From: Candidatus Omnitrophota bacterium
Lineage (GTDB): Bacteria > Omnitrophota > Omnitrophia > Omnitrophales > Danuiimicrobiaceae
Assembly (NCBI GenBank): GCA_016177155.1
Contig: JACOVU010000030.1
Coordinates: 1 to 40,958, forward strand
Reading direction: 5' to 3'
Length of the DNA: 40,958 bases
Part shown: positions 32,347 to 40,958 of the stretch, in pieces
Numbering within the stretch: the first letter of the stretch is position 1
Layout: each line of letters begins with the position of its first letter
The notes under the pieces: model-generated
Database searches by the model: none
The model's input: the letters and a program-made list of their open reading frames with translations, nothing else
Told to the model about the DNA's origin: nothing
Translations under genes and position numbers: made by a program

Positions 32347-33828
32347 TCAAGGAAGATTGGTTGAACCCATTAAATACTCATCCATCGAACGGGCGCAACC
32401 TCGACCCTCATTGATGGCCCAAACCACAAGACTTTGACCTCGGCGCATATCACCTGCAGCGAACACACCTTTCACACTCGTTGCGTACTTGCCGTATTCG
32501 GCCTTTGCATTGGAACGTTCGTCGCGCTCAACACCCAGCTGGCCAAGCACGGTATCCTCAGGGCCTAAAAATCCCATCGCAAGAAGTGCCAATTGAGTAG
32601 GAATTACTTTTTCAGAACCTGGAACCTCCTTTGGCGTGAATCTACCCTTTTCGTCTTTCTGCCACTCAATTTTGATCAGATGAGCTTCCCTAACAAAACC
32701 TTTTTCATCACCCACGAACTTCTTGACGGTGCAAAGATATTGGCGCGGGTCATTCCCAAAAACTACTTTCGCCTCCTCCTGACCATAATCGAGTCGATAC
32801 ACCTTGGGCCATTGGGGCCACGGGTTATCAGGTGCGCGCTCCAGCGGAGGCTGCGGTAAGATTTCAAGTTGAACGAGACTCCGACATTTGTGCCTCATGC
32901 TGGTCGCAACACAGTCCGTCCCCGTATCTCCACCGCCAATCACGAGAACATCTTTTCCTTGAGCAGAAACAAACTTGCCGTTCTCCTTTCCGTCCAGTAG
33001 TGTTCTGGTATTGGCCGTGAGAAACTCGACAGCAAACATAATGCCTTTCAAGGTGCGACCTTCCACTTGAAGGTCGCGTGGTTTCGTCGCACCGCCACAA
33101 AGTACCGCCGCGTCAAATTCTTTGAGGAGCCTGTCGGCAGGATAATCCTTACCTACCTCTGTATTCGTAACAAATTTAACGCCCTCTTGAGCCATCAGAT
33201 CCACGCGTCGCTCTACAATTTTCTTATCTAGATGAGGGTTCGGAATCCCATACATGAGAAGGCCACCGATTCGGTCAGCTCGCTCAAATACAGTAACGAG
33301 ATGTCCTGCTCGATTGAGTTGTGCCGCACAAGCAAGTCCCGCAGGACCCGATCCCACAACCGCAACTTTCTTCCCTGTTCGCTTTGCAGGCGGTTCTGGA
33401 ACGATCCAGCCTTCTTCAAAACCACGATCGACAATGGCACATTCAATCGATTTGATTGTAACCGGCGGCTCATTAATTCCAAGAACGCAAGAACCTTCAC
33501 AAGGGGCAGGACAAATGCGGCCGGTAAATTCAGGGAAATTATTCGTTTTGTGAAGACGCTCTAAAGCCTCACGCCAAAGACCCCGGTAAACGAGATCGTT
33601 CCATTCAGGAATTAAATTGTTAATGGGACAACCCAAGGCCATCCCTGCCAATAGTGTTCCCGTATGGCAAAATGGAATCCCGCAATCCATACAACGTGCC
33701 CCTTGATCCTTAAGCTTTTGCTCAGGCATGTGGAGATGAAATTCATCCCAATCGCCAATCCGCTCAAGCGGCGGACGGTCTTGAGGTAGTTCCCTCGGAA
33801 TTTCTTTAAATCCAGTTGGTTTTCCCAT
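32347..33828 (-). CDS. gltD: Glutamate synthase (NADPH) small subunit
   Basis: N-terminal Fe-S cysteines ([18 protein letters not shown]) and [16 protein letters not shown] loops. Confidence 0.95.
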   Translation of the reverse strand: MGKPTGFKEIPRELPQDRPPLERIGDWDEFHLHMPEQKLKDQGARCMDCGIPFCHTGTLLAGMALGCPINNLIPEWNDLVYRGLWREALERLHKTNNFPEFTGRICPAPCEGSCVLGINEPPVTIKSIECAIVDRGFEEGWIVPEPPAKRTGKKVAVVGSGPAGLACAAQLNRAGHLVTVFERADRIGGLLMYGIPNPHLDKKIVERRVDLMAQEGVKFVTNTEVGKDYPADRLLKEFDAAVLCGGATKPRDLQVEGRTLKGIMFAVEFLTANTRTLLDGKENGKFVSAQGKDVLVIGGGDTGTDCVATSMRHKCRSLVQLEILPQPPLERAPDNPWPQWPKVYRLDYGQEEAKVVFGNDPRQYLCTVKKFVGDEKGFVREAHLIKIEWQKDEKGRFTPKEVPGSEKVIPTQLALLAMGFLGPEDTVLGQLGVERDERSNAKAEYGKYATSVKGVFAAGDMRRGQSLVVWAINEGRGCARSMDEYLMGSTNLP

Positions 33829-33849
33829 GAATCTGACTCCGGACGAGGC

Positions 33850-36800
33850 TTAGTTACCGCCGACGCGAGACAAATCGCGTGCATTCTCTTCAAAGGCGGC
33901 CATAATCGCTTCTTCTCCACTAAGCCCTGCGCTCTTGACTCGTTCGAGCGCCTGGAGCACTCGGTTGTAATCTTTGGGCAGGACTTTCACAAATTTAGGA
34001 ATCATTTCTTCCCAGAGATTGAGCACCTGCTGACCACGTTTGCTGGCCGTGTATTTCACATGGCGCTCAATCATCTGATGAACTTCTTCAATTTCTTCTC
34101 GCTGTTCCAATTTGACGAGATCCACCATCTGCTTATTGCAGCGCACGGGAAAATCACCGGCTGTATCGAGCACATAAGCAACACCGCCCGACATGCCCGC
34201 CGCAAAATTTCGGCCCGTATGTCCCAATACCACCACGCACCCACCGGTCATGTATTCACATCCGTGATCTCCCACCGCTTCCACCACCGCTTTGACACCG
34301 CTATTGCGTACCGAGAAACGTTCACCCGTCATTCCGCGAACATAAGCCTCACCACTCGTAGCCCCATAAAAGGCCACGTTTCCAATCAGGATATTTTCTT
34401 CGGGGACAAAGGTCGAACCTTTTGGGGGATAGACAATGATTGTTCCACCTGAAAGACCTTTTCCGAAGTAATCGTTCGCATCTCCTTCCAGTTCAAGCGT
34501 CATTCCGCGCGGCACAAAAGCGCCAAAACTCTGCCCTGCAGAGCCCTCAAATTTTAGATGAATTGTATCTTCCGGAAGACCCTTTCCGCCGTGACGACGC
34601 GTCAATTCACTTCCCACAATTGTTCCAACTACCCGATTTACATTTTTAATCGGAACGGCCGCTCGCACTTTTTCACCGCGTTCCAGCGCGGGCGCGCACA
34701 ATTTAAGAAGCGTGGTATTGTCGAGCGCTTTATCCAAACCATGATCTTGCGGAATTTGGCAATAGCGTCCTATTTCAGGACCCGCCTTGGGTTGGTAAAG
34801 AATAGCTGAAAAATCAAGCCCCTTTGTTTTCCAATGGTCCACTGCTTTTTTCGGATCAAGCCTGTCCGTACGTCCAATCATTTCATTTAAGGTACGAAAT
34901 CCGAGCTGAGCCATTAGTTCGCGCGCTTCTTGGGCGATGAAACGCATAAAATTAACCGCGTGTTCGGGATCGCCCGTAAATTTCTTCCTGAGTTCCGGAT
35001 CTTGCGTGGCAACACCCACAGGACAGGTGTTCAAGTGACAGACACGCATCATAATGCAACCTAACGCAACGAGTGGAGCAGTTGCAAAACCGAATTCTTC
35101 AGCCCCCAAAAGGGCCGCAATCACCACATCCCGGCCTGTTTTTAATTGGCCATCCGTTTCAACTGCGATTCGGCTTCGTAAATTATTGAGCACAAGCGTC
35201 TGATGCGTTTCGGCAAGCCCAAGCTCCCAGGGAATTCCTGCATGCTTGATGCTGGATTGAGGTGATGCCCCTGTTCCGCCGTCATAGCCCGAAATGAGCA
35301 CCACATCCGCATGAGCCTTCGCAACTCCAGCAGCGATCGTTCCAACACCGACTTCGGCAACCAATTTCACACTAATCCGAGCGTGATGATTTGCATTCTT
35401 AAGATCGTGAATGAGCTCCGCCAAATCTTCAATCGAATAAATATCGTGGTGGGGCGGCGGTGAAATGAGTCCAACTCCTGGCGTTGAAAGACGAACTTTG
35501 GCAATCCAAGGATAGACCTTTTGTCCAGGCAGCTGGCCGCCTTCCCCTGGTTTTGCGCCTTGCGCCATTTTAATTTGAAGTTCTTTCGCCATGACCAGAT
35601 ATTGGCTCGTCACCCCAAAACGGCCTGACGCGACTTGCTTAATCGCACTGTTACGGGAATCACCGTTCGATTCAGGCGTGTAGCGGGCAGGATCTTCACC
35701 GCCTTCACCGGTATTGCTTTTCCCGCCGAGCCGATTCATCGCGATCGCAAGGGCTTCATGCGCTTCTTGGCTGATTGAACCGTAGGACATCGCGCCTGTC
35801 TTGAAACGTTTGACAATCGTTTCAACAGGTTCGACTTCTTCGATGGGAATTGGTTTCGCACGAGGTTTGAATTCAAGCAAACTCCTCAGCGTGCAATAAT
35901 TTTTCGATTGGTCATCCACTGCTTTCGAATATTCTTTGAAGACTTTATAATTATTGGTCCGGACCGCAAGCTGAAGCTTGTGCACCGTTTCAGGATTAAA
36001 AAGATGAAATTCACCGTCTTTTCTCCATTGATACTGGCCTCCCGGATCAAGGGCGCGTCCATTTGCCGAACGATCGGGAAAAGCAAGCTGATGACGCTTC
36101 GCGATTTCCTCCGCAAGCTCGTCAATTCCGATTCCACCTACGCGTGAGGCGGTCCACGTAAAGTATCGATCGATGACCTCTTTATTCAGGCCCAGGGCTT
36201 CAAAAATTTGAGCGCCGCGATAACTTTGAATGGTGGAAATTCCCATTTTCGACATCGTTTTAACGACACCCTTTGCCACGGCTTTGGCGTAATTCTTAAC
36301 GGCGGTTTTATGATCCATATCTTTCAAGATTCCTTGGCGGATCATGTCATCCAAAGTTTCAAAGGCAAGATAGGGATTCACCGCTCCAAGCCCGTAACCA
36401 ATGAGGAGCGCAAAATGATGGACTTCGCGCGGCTCGCCCGACTCTAGCACAAGGCCCACTTTGGTACGCGTTCCTTCTCGAATCAAATGATGGTGAAGAC
36501 CCGAAACCGCAAGGAGCGCAGGAATCGAGGCATGATCTTTGTCCACACCCCGATCGGAAAGCACAATGATGTTAACACTTTTCTTAATGGCGGCACTCGC
36601 CGCTTCAAACATTTTATCAAGCGCTTCCCGAAGCGCTTTCCCCCCACCCCGTACGGGATAAAGAATGGAAAGCGTCACCGATTTAAAATCGGGGTGATTC
36701 ACATGGCGGAGCTTTTCAAATTCTTCGTTCGTCAGAATCGGGCTTTTGAGTTTAATTTGGCGCGAGCTCTTCGGCTCTGGTTCGAGCAGATTCCGTTCAG

Positions 36801-38448
36801 GCCCAATGGTGGTTTCGGTTGAGGTAATAATCTCCTCACGAATACAGTCGATCGGAGGATTGGTCACTTGGGCAAAGAGCTGTTTGAAATAATTGTAAAG
36901 AAGCTGAGGCCGATTAGAGAGGACGGCAAGCGGCGTATCCGTCCCCATCGAACCCACAGGTTCAACGCCATCTTTCCCCATCGGAGCCATAATGATTCTG
37001 AGATCTTCAAAGGTATAACCAAAGGCTTGCTGGCGCGCGAGCACCGTTTTATGATCAGGTTCGTGAACATGAGGTGCTTCAGGAAGCTCTTCAAGTTTCA
37101 CTAAATTTTCGCTCAGCCATGCGCGGTAAGGTTGAGCGCTCGCCATTTTGTGTTTGAGCTCTTCATCCGCCACAATGCGGCCCTCTTCCGTATCAATCAG
37201 AAACATGCGACCCGGTTGAAGCCTTCCTTTTTGGAGAATCCGCTCAGGGGCAATCTCAAGCACTCCCACTTCAGATGCCATCACCACCAAATCATCTTTA
37301 GTCACGTAATAACGAGAGGGTCTCAGACCATTTCGGTCGAGCACTGCTCCGATCTTGGCGCCATCGGTAAAGGCGATCGAGGCAGGTCCATCCCAAGGTT
37401 CCATCAAACAACTATGAAACTCGTAAAAAGCTTTTTTCTCATCGCTCATCGACTCGTGATTGGACCAAGGTTCTGGAATCATCATCATGACCGCATGCGG
37501 AAGCGAACGCCCGCCCAAGACGAGAAATTCAAGGCAGTTATCAAACATGGCCGAGTCACTTCCCTCTTGGTCAATGACGGGAAGAATCTTTTTCATGTCA
37601 TCTTTGAAAAGATCGGAGGCGCAGTGAGCTTGCCTGGCATGCATCCAATTCACATTACCGCGAAGCGTATTAATTTCACCGTTATGCGCAATGTAACGGT
37701 ACGGATGTGCGCGTTCCCAACTTGGAAATGTATTTGTGCTAAAACGCGAATGAACCAGCGCAAGCGCCGTTTCGATAGCGGGATTTGAGAGATCGGGATA
37801 AAAAGGCTCAACTTGCTCAGACATGAGCATGCCCTTGTAGACCAAAGTTTTATGGGAAAGACTCAAGATATAAAAATAATTTCCGCCTTTCACTGTTCCT
37901 GAATGGCGAATTTGACTTTCAGCGCGGCGGCGAATGACATAGAGTTTCCGTTCAAATGCCATGTCATCGCGAAGCTTGGAACTGCGGCCGATAAAAGCTT
38001 GTCTCACAAAAGGTTCTGCAGCCTTTGCCGTATTGCCAAGCGAGTTGTTATTCGTAGGAACGCTGCGCCAACCTAAAAAGTGCTGGCCTTCTTCCTTGAC
38101 AATTTGCTCAAAAATTTTCTCGGCCTCTTTGCGTTCCTCAGCCTTAGGGGAAAGATAAATCATCCCAACGCCATATTCCTTTGGGCCGGGAAGCGAGACT
38201 TTTCCTTTCGCAAGCACTTCCTTTAGAAAAGTATGCGGGGTTTGAAGTAAAATTCCAGCGCCGTCACCCGTATTGGCTTCGCATCCGCAAGCGCCGCGGT
38301 GTCTCAAATTGAGAAGGACGGTAAGCGCCTGCTCCACAATCTTGTGGGATTTCCGGCCCTTAACATCCACGACGAACCCGACCCCGCAGGCATCGTGCTC
38401 ATACCAAGGATCGTACAAACCCTGTTTCCCAATTTTTCGTTCGCTCAT
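33850..38448 (-). CDS. gltB: Glutamate synthase large subunit
   Basis: 1532 aa. Has the Ntn amidotransferase start (HDACGVGFV), an FMN/3Fe-4S central domain and a C-terminal GXGXG beta-helix domain. Confidence 0.97.
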   Translation of the reverse strand: MSERKIGKQGLYDPWYEHDACGVGFVVDVKGRKSHKIVEQALTVLLNLRHRGACGCEANTGDGAGILLQTPHTFLKEVLAKGKVSLPGPKEYGVGMIYLSPKAEERKEAEKIFEQIVKEEGQHFLGWRSVPTNNNSLGNTAKAAEPFVRQAFIGRSSKLRDDMAFERKLYVIRRRAESQIRHSGTVKGGNYFYILSLSHKTLVYKGMLMSEQVEPFYPDLSNPAIETALALVHSRFSTNTFPSWERAHPYRYIAHNGEINTLRGNVNWMHARQAHCASDLFKDDMKKILPVIDQEGSDSAMFDNCLEFLVLGGRSLPHAVMMMIPEPWSNHESMSDEKKAFYEFHSCLMEPWDGPASIAFTDGAKIGAVLDRNGLRPSRYYVTKDDLVVMASEVGVLEIAPERILQKGRLQPGRMFLIDTEEGRIVADEELKHKMASAQPYRAWLSENLVKLEELPEAPHVHEPDHKTVLARQQAFGYTFEDLRIIMAPMGKDGVEPVGSMGTDTPLAVLSNRPQLLYNYFKQLFAQVTNPPIDCIREEIITSTETTIGPERNLLEPEPKSSRQIKLKSPILTNEEFEKLRHVNHPDFKSVTLSILYPVRGGGKALREALDKMFEAASAAIKKSVNIIVLSDRGVDKDHASIPALLAVSGLHHHLIREGTRTKVGLVLESGEPREVHHFALLIGYGLGAVNPYLAFETLDDMIRQGILKDMDHKTAVKNYAKAVAKGVVKTMSKMGISTIQSYRGAQIFEALGLNKEVIDRYFTWTASRVGGIGIDELAEEIAKRHQLAFPDRSANGRALDPGGQYQWRKDGEFHLFNPETVHKLQLAVRTNNYKVFKEYSKAVDDQSKNYCTLRSLLEFKPRAKPIPIEEVEPVETIVKRFKTGAMSYGSISQEAHEALAIAMNRLGGKSNTGEGGEDPARYTPESNGDSRNSAIKQVASGRFGVTSQYLVMAKELQIKMAQGAKPGEGGQLPGQKVYPWIAKVRLSTPGVGLISPPPHHDIYSIEDLAELIHDLKNANHHARISVKLVAEVGVGTIAAGVAKAHADVVLISGYDGGTGASPQSSIKHAGIPWELGLAETHQTLVLNNLRSRIAVETDGQLKTGRDVVIAALLGAEEFGFATAPLVALGCIMMRVCHLNTCPVGVATQDPELRKKFTGDPEHAVNFMRFIAQEARELMAQLGFRTLNEMIGRTDRLDPKKAVDHWKTKGLDFSAILYQPKAGPEIGRYCQIPQDHGLDKALDNTTLLKLCAPALERGEKVRAAVPIKNVNRVVGTIVGSELTRRHGGKGLPEDTIHLKFEGSAGQSFGAFVPRGMTLELEGDANDYFGKGLSGGTIIVYPPKGSTFVPEENILIGNVAFYGATSGEAYVRGMTGERFSVRNSGVKAVVEAVGDHGCEYMTGGCVVVLGHTGRNFAAGMSGGVAYVLDTAGDFPVRCNKQMVDLVKLEQREEIEEVHQMIERHVKYTASKRGQQVLNLWEEMIPKFVKVLPKDYNRVLQALERVKSAGLSGEEAIMAAFEENARDLSRVGGN

Positions 38449-38451
38449 GCT

Positions 38452-39669
38452 TTAATCCTTTAAACTCAAACCTGCGCGTTCAACAATCCTATAAATCACT
38501 TCCTCAATCACCCGATTCGGAGTGGACGCTCCTGCTGTCACCCCAATCTTCACTTTGCCCGCAGGCAGCCAATCTCGTGTCACAACCACCTCAGTCTTGT
38601 GAGCCGGTTTGTGGCGAATTTCATCCCGCGAAATAATTTCCCCAGCGTCCCGCACATGGTAGGCGGGACAAAACTCGGATGAAATCTCACATAAGTGGCC
38701 CGTATTGCTCGAATTGTAACCTCCTACCACAATCATGAGGTCCACTTTTGAACGAGCGAGCTTTAAGATCGCGTCCTGGCGATCCTGGGTGGCGCTGCAA
38801 ATCGTATCAAAATGCCTAAAATGCTTGGGAAGCTCGGTTTCTCCGTAACGCTCCCGCATTGCGTTCTGGACCATCTCGGCAATCTCAAGCGAATCGCTCG
38901 AAAGCATGGTCGTCTGATTGGCGCAACCGACGCGTTCTAAATCACGTGCGGGGTTAAACCCGGGAGACGCTGTTTTTTGAAATTCTTTGAGAAGTTCTTC
39001 CGAACCTACTTTCCCTAAAATAAAATCACAAATCTTCCGAGCTTGTTCCTTATCCCGCACCACGAGAAACTTTCCGCCCGGATACTGGGTGACGCGTGAA
39101 CTGGTCGCTTGTGTTTCTTCATGATCAAACTTGCCGTGAATGATCGCGGTAAAACCATCCTGCGCATACCGCTCCACCCGCCGCCACACGGCCACCACCG
39201 AACCGCAAGTGGTGTCAACCAAAACCGCACCTTTTGATTTTAAAATTTCAAGTTCTTCGGCCATGGTTCCAAAGGCAGGAATTAAAACAACATCCTCTTT
39301 CTGAATTTCGTCAAAAGCATGTTTCCCTTCCGTCTTCAAACTTCCATTTTGCCTCGCCTCGAGAAATTTGATTCCAAGTTCCTGGAGTTTCGTATTGACT
39401 CTGGGATTGTGAATAATCTCGCTCGTGAGGTAAATGGTTCGGTCCGGGAAACGCTTCCGCGTTTCATAGGCCAGATCCACCGCGCGGTCCACGCCATAAC
39501 AAAATCCGAATTCCTCGGCAAGACAAAACGTAAGGCATCCTACCTGAAGTTCATAGTTGGAAGTTTTGATGCGCTCAATTAAAGAGCTATGATAACTTTC
39601 CTGAAGAAGCGGAAGGATTTCCTGCTTGAGTCCGAATCCCCGTCTAATCACTGTTTCATGAGTTTCCAT
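38452..39669 (-). CDS. ispH: 4-hydroxy-3-methylbut-2-enyl diphosphate reductase (long form)
   Basis: FCYGVDRAV, the conserved Cys positions (TTCGSV, ICSATQ), and the GGYNSSNT motif. Confidence 0.9.
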   Translation of the reverse strand: METHETVIRRGFGLKQEILPLLQESYHSSLIERIKTSNYELQVGCLTFCLAEEFGFCYGVDRAVDLAYETRKRFPDRTIYLTSEIIHNPRVNTKLQELGIKFLEARQNGSLKTEGKHAFDEIQKEDVVLIPAFGTMAEELEILKSKGAVLVDTTCGSVVAVWRRVERYAQDGFTAIIHGKFDHEETQATSSRVTQYPGGKFLVVRDKEQARKICDFILGKVGSEELLKEFQKTASPGFNPARDLERVGCANQTTMLSSDSLEIAEMVQNAMRERYGETELPKHFRHFDTICSATQDRQDAILKLARSKVDLMIVVGGYNSSNTGHLCEISSEFCPAYHVRDAGEIISRDEIRHKPAHKTEVVVTRDWLPAGKVKIGVTAGASTPNRVIEEVIYRIVERAGLSLKD

Positions 39670-39721
39670 AAAGTTTATTAGTATACTGAAATTCCGATTT
39701 AAAGTCTATTAACGGCCTCTG

Positions 39722-39823
39722 GACGTCATTACGAGGAGGCTGAAGGCCGACGAAGCGATCCCGTGAAAATGGGGACAGATTATAATCTGTCCCCATTTTC
39801 TGGAACGCACCCTCGCAATGACG
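39722..39823. repeat. Composite intergenic repeat: cgtcattRcgagg inverted ends around a 36-bp perfect palindrome
   Basis: cgtcattacgagg (39724-39736) versus cctcgcaatgacg (39811-39823). The perfect palindrome is gaaaatggggacagatta|taatctgtccccattttc (39765-39800). It is related to units nested in copy C (19640-19775). Confidence 0.85.
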
Positions 39824-39848
39824 ATTTTACATAACCTATTGTGTTATA

Positions 39849-40958
39849 CTACTTTAGGAGAAGAGGGCTGAAAATGACGGCAAGACTCAAGAAGGCAAAA
39901 AATCCGACCACATCGGTGACGGTCGTTAAGATAATATTAGAAGATTGAGCAGGATCGCGTCCGAACGCTTTCATCAGGATGGGAATTCCAGCTCCAGAAA
40001 CCCCCGCGGACACCATATTCACCACCATCGCAAGACCGATCACGACCCCCAAGTAAACATTTTTCCCGAGAAACCATGCGGCAAGGGCGGCAACAATTCC
40101 AACCACAATTCCATTCATCAAACCTAGGAATCCCTCCCTAAAAATTACTTTGCGTGCCATGCGTGGCTCAACTTCTCTTAAGACCAAACCGCGAATCACA
40201 ACCGCAAGCGACTGCGCTCCTGCGTTTCCACCTTGCGAAGCAACGATCGGAAGAAAAACAGCGAGAATGGTTAACTTTGCAATCACATCTTCAAAGAGTG
40301 AAATGACAAAGGAGGCGAGAAATGCCGTCGCCAAATTAATATTAAGCCACGGAAGCCTTTTCTTGATTGAAAAAGTGATGGGTGAAAAAACATGTTCATC
40401 GCCGCCCGCGCCAAACATCTTTTGAATATCTTCAGTCGCTTCCTCCTGCGCAGAGGTAATCAATTCATCGGTTCGGATCGTTCCCAATAAGTGACCGTTT
40501 TTGTCTACGACGGGAACGGAAATGAAAGGACGGTTGCTGAGTTGGCGAATCACTTCCTCGCGGTCCATCGTAGCTTCCACGCGAAACACATCAGGAATCA
40601 TGACGGAAGAAAGCGGCTGGTTCTCAGTCGCAAAAATAAGTTCCCGCATATTTAGAACGCCGGTCAGACGATTTTCAGCATCTGTCACATAAATATAATT
40701 GATTGGAGCGCGCTTCTGAGCCAAAGACCTGAGCTTCTGAATCGCTTCCCCCACGTTCATGCGTTCATGAAAGGCATAAACGATGGGAGTCATGATTCTC
40801 CCGGCCGTATCCGTGGGATAGGTAATTAATTTTCGAATCTGATCCGTTTGAGCAGGATCAATGCGCTCAAGAAGTTTTTCGCGATCCTCTTGGCGTTGGA
40901 TGCATAAAACTACCTCAGCGGCACGTGTGACTGCCATCTTCCCAAAAATTTCTGCGGC
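39849..40958 (-). CDS. mgtE: Magnesium transporter MgtE, partial (5' end outside window)
   Basis: CBS pair region followed by the MgtE membrane domain (FLPIVASQGGNAGAQS ... ILTTVTDVVGF). The frame stays open upstream of the track ATG to the window edge. Confidence 0.9.
   Translation of the reverse strand, partial: AAEIFGKMAVTRAAEVVLCIQRQEDREKLLERIDPAQTDQIRKLITYPTDTAGRIMTPIVYAFHERMNVGEAIQKLRSLAQKRAPINYIYVTDAENRLTGVLNMRELIFATENQPLSSVMIPDVFRVEATMDREEVIRQLSNRPFISVPVVDKNGHLLGTIRTDELITSAQEEATEDIQKMFGAGGDEHVFSPITFSIKKRLPWLNINLATAFLASFVISLFEDVIAKLTILAVFLPIVASQGGNAGAQSLAVVIRGLVLREVEPRMARKVIFREGFLGLMNGIVVGIVAALAAWFLGKNVYLGVVIGLAMVVNMVSAGVSGAGIPILMKAFGRDPAQSSNIILTTVTDVVGFFAFLSLAVIFSPLLLK

Overview
Bacterial chromosomal window of about 41 kb, moderate to low GC, probably from an uncultured lineage. 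It is densely coded and mostly housekeeping. All protein identifications come from motif recognition on the supplied translations or my own hand translation; no searches were run. I found no tRNA, rRNA, CRISPR array, IS transposase, integrase or prophage genes.

Gene content, left to right:
- Partial SPFH lipoprotein, a small DUF-like protein, the sirtuin CobB, and a membrane GGDEF cyclase.
- A minus-strand regulatory/accessory block: PAS-GAF-PAS histidine kinase, then NtrC-type sigma-54 activator, then a perfect -24/-12 promoter, then a CheY-like receiver, a FeeM-like N-acyltransferase and a ThiF/E1-like adenylyltransferase.
- msrB, an AddB-like helicase-nuclease with no adjacent addA, and queD.
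- leuCD, dgkA, and a redox/Nudix operon (ArsC-like, thioredoxin-like, DUF309, Nudix).
- A CPBP protease.
- An iron locus: fur, hemP, TonB-dependent receptor, exbB, exbD, tonB and an FTR1 permease, followed after short gaps by a His-rich outer membrane protein and a bacterioferritin-like protein.
- A GEMM-I-like cyclic-dinucleotide riboswitch candidate in front of an orphan pseudopilin operon (three pilin-like genes, a HEAT-repeat protein, a QueC-like protein).
- A cold-shock gene (csp), gltBD, ispH, and a partial mgtE.

The most unusual signal is non-coding. Five copies of a 97-194 bp inverted-repeat element each fill the space from the stop codon of one gene to the start codon of the next co-directional gene. 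Four of the five copies are flanked by direct ATGA on both sides, and the fifth has TTGA on one side. Other small repeat families are also present, one of them nested inside a copy of that element and one related motif inserted in frame inside addB.
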